From Candidatus Hadarchaeota archaeon (GTDB lineage Archaea > Hadarchaeota > Hadarchaeia > Hadarchaeales > JAGGTB01), in NCBI GenBank assembly GCA_964384105.1, contig CAYLJV010000001.1, positions 288,001 to 352,000 on the forward strand: 64,000 nt of DNA. Direction: 5' to 3'. Each line of letters starts with the position of its first letter. Position 1 is the stretch's first letter. Below, in pieces: positions 42,548-49,879 of this stretch. The notes beneath the pieces were generated by a model. That model had not been told where the DNA came from. It searched no databases and worked only from the letters and a program-made list of their open reading frames with translations. The position numbers and the translations under genes were made by a program.

Positions 42548-43570
42548 ATGTCTGCTTCATTTAATAGTACTCAAGATGAGTTTGGACAGACTCCACCCGA
42601 AGTTCAACCAAGTATTTTAACTATCGGGTGTGGAGGTGCGGGAGGAAATACAATTTCTAGAATCTTTAAATCAGGACTTAAGGGTGTTAGAACAATTGCC
42701 GTAAACACTGATGCACAGGATCTTCTACAAGTTAACGCCGATAAAAAAATCTTGATCGGTAGGTCGATTACTGGAGGATTAGGTGCGGGAGCAGACCCTA
42801 AAGTGGGTAAAGAAGCTGCTGTGGAAGAAGAGGACGCTCTGAGAAAAGCAATTTCGGATTACGAACTAGTTTTCGTGACTTATGGACTTGGTGGTGGTAC
42901 GGGAACGGGATCGGGGCCTGTGATAAGTGAGATAGCTAAAGCTACAGGAGCTTTAGTCGTTGGGATTGTAACTCTTCCTTTTGGGGCAGAGGGTGAAAAG
43001 AGAAATAAAAATGCGAATAAGGGTCTTTCAGAACTCCGTAGATTTGCGGATACTGTTATAGTAATACATGATGATAAGCTCCTAGAAGTTGCACCAGATC
43101 TTTCGCTTGAGCAAGCTTTTGAAATGGCCGATAAGACATTAATGAATACGATAAACGGAATAATTGAGCTTATGACCGAACCGGGTCTCATAAATCTCGG
43201 GCTTAATGATGTTAAAACTATTTTTAGGGATGGCGGTATTGGCGTGGTTGGTTTCGGAGAAGCTAGTGGGGAGGACAGGGCTTTTGAATCGGCCAAAGAG
43301 GCCTTAAATAATCCCCTTTTGGATATAGAAGTAAAAAATGCTAGAAAGGCTTTGGTTAGCGTTATAGGGTGTCCCGATATGACTTTGGGTGAAGCTGAAA
43401 AGGTGGCAGAAACCGTGGAGGGGGAGATGAGTCCGGATTGCTACATCTCATTTGGTGCCAGAGTTTCCGATAATCTAGAGGAAATCATAAGAAGTATGGT
43501 TATAATCACAGGTGCGACTTCTAAACCTGAGAAACCCTCGGAGATAGAACTGGATTTAGAAATGATATAA
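42548..43570 (+). CDS. ftsZ: Cell division GTPase FtsZ (divergent paralogue)
   Basis: GCGGAGGN, NTDAQDL, GLGAGA.P, GLGGGTGTG, PF..EG..R; T7 loop is atypical. Confidence 0.9.
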   Translation: MSASFNSTQDEFGQTPPEVQPSILTIGCGGAGGNTISRIFKSGLKGVRTIAVNTDAQDLLQVNADKKILIGRSITGGLGAGADPKVGKEAAVEEEDALRKAISDYELVFVTYGLGGGTGTGSGPVISEIAKATGALVVGIVTLPFGAEGEKRNKNANKGLSELRRFADTVIVIHDDKLLEVAPDLSLEQAFEMADKTLMNTINGIIELMTEPGLINLGLNDVKTIFRDGGIGVVGFGEASGEDRAFESAKEALNNPLLDIEVKNARKALVSVIGCPDMTLGEAEKVAETVEGEMSPDCYISFGARVSDNLEEIIRSMVIITGATSKPEKPSEIELDLEMI

Positions 43571-43587
43571 GTTGGGAGATTTTTTTT

Positions 43588-44178
43588 GTGCCTGAGGAGA
43601 ATTTTCGACTGGATTTAATACTTTTTGGAAGCAAAGGGCCCGAAAATACTGATAAATGCTTTGACTTAGTCTCTAAGAGAATAAGGGACTTGGACTTAGA
43701 CTATCTTGTTGTTGCATCTACTAGTGGGGAAACAGGAGCCAAGGCCGTTAATTTTTTCCGTGATTTAGGGGTCACGGTCATAGTGGTTTCTCATCAGTAC
43801 GGTTTTAGAACGGACGGCGAAATCGAATTACAGGATAAATATCGAGAGATAATAGAAAAATCGAAGAATTCTAAATTAGTAGTTACACCGGATGTTCTGA
43901 CGAGAGTTCCTAAGATGGTTAGGGGGAAGTATAAAGGTTTCAGCTATCTGGATGTGATTGCTGATACTTTGAGGATTTTTAGTGAAGGGGTAAAAGTTTG
44001 TGTTGAGTGTGTTGTACAGACTGCCGATTCGGGAAATATACCTGTCGGCGAAGAAATAGCCGCAATAGCGGGGACAGGTAGCGGAGCTGATACGGGGATT
44101 ATTCTGGAGAGTCAGCATTCTCATAAGCTTCTTGATATTGATATTCGGGAAATTGTTTGTATGCCCAGAAGAGGTTAA
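43588..44178 (+). CDS. COG1751 pyruvate-kinase alpha/beta-domain protein
   Basis: GPENT, VVASTSG.T, IADTLR.F..G.KVC.E, GTG.GADT, EI.C.PR. Confidence 0.8.
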   Translation: MPEENFRLDLILFGSKGPENTDKCFDLVSKRIRDLDLDYLVVASTSGETGAKAVNFFRDLGVTVIVVSHQYGFRTDGEIELQDKYREIIEKSKNSKLVVTPDVLTRVPKMVRGKYKGFSYLDVIADTLRIFSEGVKVCVECVVQTADSGNIPVGEEIAAIAGTGSGADTGIILESQHSHKLLDIDIREIVCMPRRG

Positions 44179-44218
44179 ACGGGATTTTCTGAAACGAAAT
44201 TTATACAAAATTGAAAAA

Positions 44219-45475
44219 TTAGTTTGTAAAGGAATCCATGTTTTCAATAACTAGTTCTGCGAATTCACTACATTTGACCTTTTTACCACCATCTATATGG
44301 CGGTAAATGTCGTAGGTTACGGTCTTGTCTTTGATTGTTTTTTCCAAGGCATCTTTTACTAACTTTTGTGTTTTGTCCCAACCAATGTACTGTAACATAA
44401 TTCGCCCCGATAATATCTCCCCGGTAGGATTTACTTTGTCCTTTCCAGCGTATTTTGGAGATGATCCATGGGTAGGTTCGAATACACCTATTCCGTCTCC
44501 GATATTTGAACCAGGAGCTATACCTAATCCCCCGACTTGAGCCGCGGCAGCATCGCTTAAGTAATCTCCATTTAAATTTGGCATTGCGAGGATGTCATAG
44601 TCCGATGTTCTAGTTAGTAGTTGTTGTAGCATGTTGTCGGCTAATCTATCGTTGACTACTATCGTGTTCTCTGGGACATCTTCAGTCTTTTCTTCCCAGA
44701 GAGTGTTTTCAGTTACTACTTCGTCTCCATATTCGTCCACAACTTCGTAACCCCAGTCTCTGAATGCACCTTCAGTGAATTTCATTATATTTCCCTTGTG
44801 GACCAGAGTGACATACTTATATTGGTCTCTGTTCTCGAGAGCGTAATCTATAGCTTTCCTGACCAATCTTTTGGTTGCCCTCTCACTAATTGGTTTGAGA
44901 CCTATTCCAGAATCCGAAGTTACATTAACATCTAACTCATTTTTCAGAAACTCTCTAACTTTTTTAACTTCTTTCGAACCTCTCTCCCATTCTATCCCTG
45001 CGTATAGGTCTTCGGTATTTTCTCTGAATATTACCATGTCCATTTCTTCTGGATTTTTCATGGGTGAGGGGATACCCTCAAGATAATAGACGGGCCTTAC
45101 ACAGGCGTAGAGGTCTAGCTTTTGTCTTATTGCTACGTTCAGTGAGCGAAATCCTCCACCAACCGGAGTAGTCAGTGGTCCTTTCAGTGCTACCCTAAAT
45201 TCTTTTATAGCTTTCAGGGTTTCCTGCGGTAGGTATTCTCCGTAGATTTTCTTTGCTGCTTCTCCTGCATGTATATCCATCCAATGGATATCCTGTCCTG
45301 TTTTTTGTGCAGCTGCTTTTAGAACGTTTCTCGCTGCAGGACTGACATCTTTTCCAATTCCGTCGCCTTTTATCTGTGGAATTATGGGTTCTCTTGGAAC
45401 TACGAAGTTCTTACCGTCCCATTCTATTTTTTTACCCTCTTCGGGTGCCGAAATTTTTTGATAATTTCGAGTCAT
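44219..45475 (-). CDS. icd: NADP-dependent isocitrate dehydrogenase (E. coli-type)
   Basis: GDGIG, KGPLTTPVGGGFRSLNV, HKGNIMKFTEG, NLNGDY.SD, HGSSPKYAG and VTYD (NADP-type K/Y/Y). Confidence 0.93.
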   Translation of the reverse strand: MTRNYQKISAPEEGKKIEWDGKNFVVPREPIIPQIKGDGIGKDVSPAARNVLKAAAQKTGQDIHWMDIHAGEAAKKIYGEYLPQETLKAIKEFRVALKGPLTTPVGGGFRSLNVAIRQKLDLYACVRPVYYLEGIPSPMKNPEEMDMVIFRENTEDLYAGIEWERGSKEVKKVREFLKNELDVNVTSDSGIGLKPISERATKRLVRKAIDYALENRDQYKYVTLVHKGNIMKFTEGAFRDWGYEVVDEYGDEVVTENTLWEEKTEDVPENTIVVNDRLADNMLQQLLTRTSDYDILAMPNLNGDYLSDAAAAQVGGLGIAPGSNIGDGIGVFEPTHGSSPKYAGKDKVNPTGEILSGRIMLQYIGWDKTQKLVKDALEKTIKDKTVTYDIYRHIDGGKKVKCSEFAELVIENMDSFTN

Positions 45476-45535
45476 CGAACTCTACTGACTTTTAGAATTT
45501 TATGAGTTTAAAATCAATTGGAAGTTCAGAGGTGT

Positions 45536-46048
45536 TTATTCTTCCCACTGGAACTTTCCTTTCTTCTTGTACTGTTCTACTAATCCACCATCTTCGAGGA
45601 TCTGTATCAGAAAATCGGGCAGTGGATCTATGTCGTATGTTTTCCCTTTGTCTATATTCTTTAGTTTTCCAGCCCCCAAGTCAATTTCCAGTCTATCTCC
45701 CTCGTCCGTTTCGTCGGGAATTTCTTTACTTTCGATAACCGGGATGCCTACATTTATTGCATTTCGGAAAAATATCCTAGCGAAGAACTTTGCGATGATT
45801 GCCCCAACTCCCAATTCTTTTAGGACTTGCGGGGCCTGTTCTCTGCTTGATCCACATCCGAAATTTTCTCCTGCTACGATCACGTCTCCTTTTTCAACTT
45901 TGTCCGCGAAATCTGGGTCGGCGTCCTCCATTGCATGCTCCGATAATTTTTTCATGTCACGGATTTTGAACTTGTACTTCCCTGAGATTATCAGATCTGT
46001 GCTTATGTCATCTCCAAATTTCCAGGCTTTTCCCTCTATCTTTTCCAT
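45536..46048 (-). CDS. LeuD/HacB-family small subunit (putative aconitase or homoaconitase small subunit)
   Basis: GDDISTD.IISGKYKFK, NFGCGSSREQA, FARIFFRNAIN.G. Confidence 0.85.
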   Translation of the reverse strand: MEKIEGKAWKFGDDISTDLIISGKYKFKIRDMKKLSEHAMEDADPDFADKVEKGDVIVAGENFGCGSSREQAPQVLKELGVGAIIAKFFARIFFRNAINVGIPVIESKEIPDETDEGDRLEIDLGAGKLKNIDKGKTYDIDPLPDFLIQILEDGGLVEQYKKKGKFQWEE

Positions 46049-46049
46049 T

Positions 46050-47303
46050 TTAATCTACCTCTCTTGGATCGGTTATTTCCCCTTTGATTGCTGATGCGGC
46101 TACGGTTAGAGGTGAGCCTAAGTATATTTCGGCATCTTTGGAACCCATTCTTCCTTTGAAGTTCCTATTTGCAGAAGAGATGCATTTTTCCCCCGATGCT
46201 AATATGCCTTGGTGCGATCCGGCACATGGTCCACAACCGGGATTACCGACTATACAACCGGCTTCCATGAATATTTCCAATAAACCTGAATCGAGTGCTC
46301 TCATGTAAATCTCGTTTGATGCCGGAATGACGAGCATTCTGACGTCGGGGTGAACTTTTTTACCTTTTATAATCTCAGCAGCGACTTCTAGATCCTCGTA
46401 TCTTCCGTTGGTACATGTTCCAAGAAATGCCTGATCTATTTTTATGCCTTCCACTTCTGATATCGGTGATACATTGTCAACTTGATGAGGGCACGCAATT
46501 TGAGGTTCCATATCCCCGACTTCGAACTCAATTATTTCCTCGTATTCGGCGTCTTCGTCGTTTTTGGTTAGTTCGATTTTTCCCTTAACCCGTTCCTTTA
46601 GGAACTTTCTTATTTTTTCATCAGGCTCTACTATACCGGTCTTAGCGCCCATCTCGACTGCTAGGTTCGATAAAGTCATTCTTTCTCCTACACTCATATT
46701 TTCTATAGCCTGACCTGCATACTCGACAGCTTTGTAAGTAGCCCCTTCTGATCCTATTTCTCCAACTATTCTGAGTGCTAGGTCTTTCGACATGACCCTC
46801 TCCGGAAGTTCACCTAGGATCTGAAATTTCATAGTTTCTGGAACTTTGAACCATAACTTTCCGCTGAGGAAAACTCCGGCCATTTCAGTGGAACCTATTC
46901 CGGTACCAAAGGCTCCTAAGGCCCCGTAGGTACAGGTGTGGGAATCTGCCCCGGTAACTACAGTACTCGGTTTTACATGACCTTTTTCAGCCATTATCTG
47001 GTGGCATATCCCCTTCCCATAGTAGATGTTTTTTATATTATTTTCAGCAGCAAATTCTCTAATCGATTTGTGCATTTCGGAAGTTCCAACAGATGCACTC
47101 GGAACTGTGTGATCCATAACCAATACTATCTTTTCTGGATCCCAGACCTTACCCCCACCCATCTTTTCGATCGCTTCTATTGTAAGTGGCGCTGTCCCGT
47201 CTTGGGCCATCGCGGTTTCTATTTTTGCAGTTGTGTAATCTCCTGCATAAACATCGGAATCAGATGCTTTGCTTAGAATCTTTTCTGATATTGTTTTTCC
47301 CAA
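46050..47303 (-). CDS. LeuC/HacA-family large subunit (putative aconitase or homoaconitase large subunit)
   Basis: QDGT.PL, DH, GICHQ, GADSHTCT, GTCTNGR, PGCGPC.G, NRNFKGRMG. Confidence 0.85.
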   Translation of the reverse strand: MGKTISEKILSKASDSDVYAGDYTTAKIETAMAQDGTAPLTIEAIEKMGGGKVWDPEKIVLVMDHTVPSASVGTSEMHKSIREFAAENNIKNIYYGKGICHQIMAEKGHVKPSTVVTGADSHTCTYGALGAFGTGIGSTEMAGVFLSGKLWFKVPETMKFQILGELPERVMSKDLALRIVGEIGSEGATYKAVEYAGQAIENMSVGERMTLSNLAVEMGAKTGIVEPDEKIRKFLKERVKGKIELTKNDEDAEYEEIIEFEVGDMEPQIACPHQVDNVSPISEVEGIKIDQAFLGTCTNGRYEDLEVAAEIIKGKKVHPDVRMLVIPASNEIYMRALDSGLLEIFMEAGCIVGNPGCGPCAGSHQGILASGEKCISSANRNFKGRMGSKDAEIYLGSPLTVAASAIKGEITDPREVD

Positions 47304-47317
47304 TATAGTTCACCTAA

Positions 47318-48616
47318 TTATATCTCATATCCTGCTTCTTGAGCCCATTCCTTTAGTTCTTCATCTTCTAAGGGATGTCTCCTTTCTCCTTCTAGGAACT
47401 CGTTTTTTATTTTTTCTGTTAACTTTTTGAATTTAGTGTCTTTCATATCCACTTCTATGCCGAAAAGTTCCTCTAGTTTTGCCTTAACGGTATGTTTTCC
47501 CGATCTTTTTCCTATTCTTATCTGTCTTTTTGAGCCTACGAGCTCGGGTGGGAAAACCTCGTATGTCAATGGCAGTTTTTGTACTCCATGGACGTGAATA
47601 CCTGATTCGTGAGTGAAGGCAGCTTCTCCTATTATTGCTTTATCTACTGGCACGTGGTAGTTTATAGACGATGCCAAGAAGTCACTTAGTTCTCTGAAAT
47701 TCTGGAGATTCCACTTCTTGATGTCGTGATGCATGTAACAGTTCATTATGATTTTCTCCGTTTCTGCGTTTCCACATCGGTCTCCTATTCCGGAGAACGT
47801 AGTGCTCACATATACTTCATCGTAAAGTCCTGAAGCGGCCTTTATAGTAGCCCGAGTATTAGCTACCGCGTTTCCGAGGTCGTCATGTCCATGGAATTCC
47901 ACAGCAGATATATTAGTTTCATCATGAATATGCTTGACTTTTGCGGGAACCCCGTGAGGTAATGGGGCTTCGGGATCAGGCTTTCCGCAACCTACGGTGT
48001 CACATATTCTATATACTTCCGCTCCAGCGTCGGCTACGGCATTTATGAAGTTCTTTTCGAATTTCCAGTCTGCTCTAGTGCTGTCCTCCCCGTGCACGAA
48101 TATCCTCAACCCGTGGTCCTTTGCGTATTCGACGGCTTCGACTACTCGTTCGACTAAAGTTTTTGGATCTTTATCTTCCCATTTTTTGAAATGTAAATGG
48201 GACACGGGGTGTGATATTCCGATTTGTTTGAATCCTAATTCTAGTGCTGAGTCTATGTCCAGTTTTTTAGCTCTACACCAAGCGGCTATTATGTCTCCCA
48301 GGCCTTCATCCTGCATCCTTTTGACCCCCTCTTTGTCAGATCGGGCGTACGTGAGAACTTCTATTCTTTCTACGCCGATTTCTCTGAGCAAGACGGCTAT
48401 TCTGGTTGCTTCGGCGGGTGAGGGTGAGATAATACCGGGCATTTGAAGCCCTTCTCTCAATGTGGTATCGTCTATAATTACGTCTACGTCGAGAGGTTGG
48501 GGATTATAGGTTAATTTTTTGAGTTCTTCCCACTTACTGGGGTCAAATTCGAGGGTGCTGAGATTCTCTACCTTTTTTATAAAGTCTTCTTGTTTTCTCT
48601 CTGGATTTTCAACCAT
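47318..48616 (-). CDS. DRE-TIM metallolyase, Re-citrate synthase-like
   Basis: DTTLREGLQ, H.ED.TRAD, RICDTVG.G....PLP.GVP, EFHGHDD, GIGDR.GN, HESGIH; no LeuA regulatory domain. ATG 48616 follows GGAGG. Confidence 0.72.
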   Translation of the reverse strand: MVENPERKQEDFIKKVENLSTLEFDPSKWEELKKLTYNPQPLDVDVIIDDTTLREGLQMPGIISPSPAEATRIAVLLREIGVERIEVLTYARSDKEGVKRMQDEGLGDIIAAWCRAKKLDIDSALELGFKQIGISHPVSHLHFKKWEDKDPKTLVERVVEAVEYAKDHGLRIFVHGEDSTRADWKFEKNFINAVADAGAEVYRICDTVGCGKPDPEAPLPHGVPAKVKHIHDETNISAVEFHGHDDLGNAVANTRATIKAASGLYDEVYVSTTFSGIGDRCGNAETEKIIMNCYMHHDIKKWNLQNFRELSDFLASSINYHVPVDKAIIGEAAFTHESGIHVHGVQKLPLTYEVFPPELVGSKRQIRIGKRSGKHTVKAKLEELFGIEVDMKDTKFKKLTEKIKNEFLEGERRHPLEDEELKEWAQEAGYEI

Positions 48617-48772
48617 GTTAGGTCCTCCAATAAATTGATATTCGGATATCTTTCCCTTGTTTTTAGTTTTTAATATATAATTAATTGTCTGTTTTCTCCG
48701 ACAAAGTTTTGAATAAAGATGAAACATAAATACCTCTTGATTAAACAGAAGTAGGGTAAAAGAAAACGTCGT

Positions 48773-48909
48773 GCTGGGGTGGCGCAGTAGGTAGCGCGCT
48801 CGGCTGTTAGGTTAAGGCATGGATGAAGAGCGAACCTCCATCTTGTAAACTTGACATGCCGGAAAATGCGGCAACCGAGCGGTCGGAGGTTCGAGTCCTC
48901 CCCCCAGCG
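48773..48909 (+). tRNA. tRNA-Asn(GTT) with a 64-nt intron at 37/38 (intron 48810-48873)
   Basis: Acceptor GCTGGGG/CCCCAGC, G73, anticodon stem CTCGG/CCGAG with CT-GTT-A, T arm GGAGG-TTCGAGT-CCTCC. BHB with TAG and CAA bulges around CTGT/GCGG. Confidence 0.93.
48816..48860 (+). ncRNA. Intron-encoded K-turn / box C/D-like RNA (putative)
   Basis: GGCATG/CATGCC stem, 3-nt GAT bulge, tandem GA/AG pairs from a C-like box ATGAAGA (48823-48829) and a D-like box TTGA (48851-48854). Confidence 0.55.
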
Positions 48910-49049
48910 CCTTTCTTTCTTTTTAATGTTTTTCTAGTATCTTGAAACAGCTATTATTAATGCTTTGATTAGCTCAATTACGAGATAATTTTATTTCTAG
49001 TCTTAGTTTGGATCTTTTTTCTCTGAAGTTTCTGTATCTATTTATTATT

Positions 49050-49826
49050 TTACTGCTCTTCTATTCGGTAAGTTCCATCGTAATCGATAAATTCGATTAT
49101 TTCCCGGTCTCTCAGAACTTGTAATTGCTGTCTTATTTTAGCTTTGATATGTTTATTTTCCGGATGTTGTTTTTTTAACTGCTCTTTGAACTTATAAATA
49201 TCTTGAAGGGTAAAAATCTCCTTATCTAGCTTTCTAACATATCTGAGTACATCGTTTAACCATCCTTTTGAGGACAACTCTTCTTCTTCCATGAATTCAA
49301 ATTTTTTCCAATATTTTCTAACTTTGGGTTTGGGTAGAATTTCTCCATCTCTAATTATATAAAGAAAAGCGTCTTCGGGAAATTTATTTAATAATATGTT
49401 TGAGCCTTTCCATCCTGATCTCCTGGCATCGTCAGATAATGGTTTTCTTTCTTCAACAGCTTCTAAAGTCATGAAGTGTTTTGGTAGGATCATTAATTCT
49501 TCTACAGTGTATTGCTTGATATCATATCTCAAGAATACCCAATTTGGGGAAAGGCCTTTTTTAATTCGTTTAATTTTGGTATTATACTCCGAATTGGCTA
49601 CTTTATTCCCAAAACTTCTGGATTTAGCTTTTAATTGAAATGTTTCTTCACAGCTAGGACAAATAAAATCCTTAACTTCGGTATTCTCAGGTAATTTTTT
49701 TACTTTGTCGGAATCACAAGCTGGACAATACATCTCTTCCTTGAACCAAGCTTCTGTCAAAACTCTAGCTATCTGTGATTTTGATTTATAATCTTCTGCT
49801 TTTGATTGGTCCATTGATAGTTTCAT
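49050..49826 (-). CDS. DpnI / Dam-replacing protein family methyl-directed endonuclease
   Basis: SQIARVLTE.W, CPAC...DF.CPSC...QLK, RKPLS..ARRSGW.G, C-terminal wH HP.N.HI.AKIRQQLQVLRD. ATG 49826. Confidence 0.88.
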   Translation of the reverse strand: MKLSMDQSKAEDYKSKSQIARVLTEAWFKEEMYCPACDSDKVKKLPENTEVKDFICPSCEETFQLKAKSRSFGNKVANSEYNTKIKRIKKGLSPNWVFLRYDIKQYTVEELMILPKHFMTLEAVEERKPLSDDARRSGWKGSNILLNKFPEDAFLYIIRDGEILPKPKVRKYWKKFEFMEEEELSSKGWLNDVLRYVRKLDKEIFTLQDIYKFKEQLKKQHPENKHIKAKIRQQLQVLRDREIIEFIDYDGTYRIEEQ

Positions 49827-49879
49827 TAAATTTTCGATGATATCTAAGAGTCTTTTCAATAAAAGGATTTTTAATTTGG

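Noticed and set aside
44219-48616. Homocitrate (AAA lysine or coenzyme B) operon
   Set aside because: Disfavoured, not excluded: the dehydrogenase is a true Icd type, the synthase looks Re-citrate-synthase-like, and no lysW/lysX genes are adjacent.
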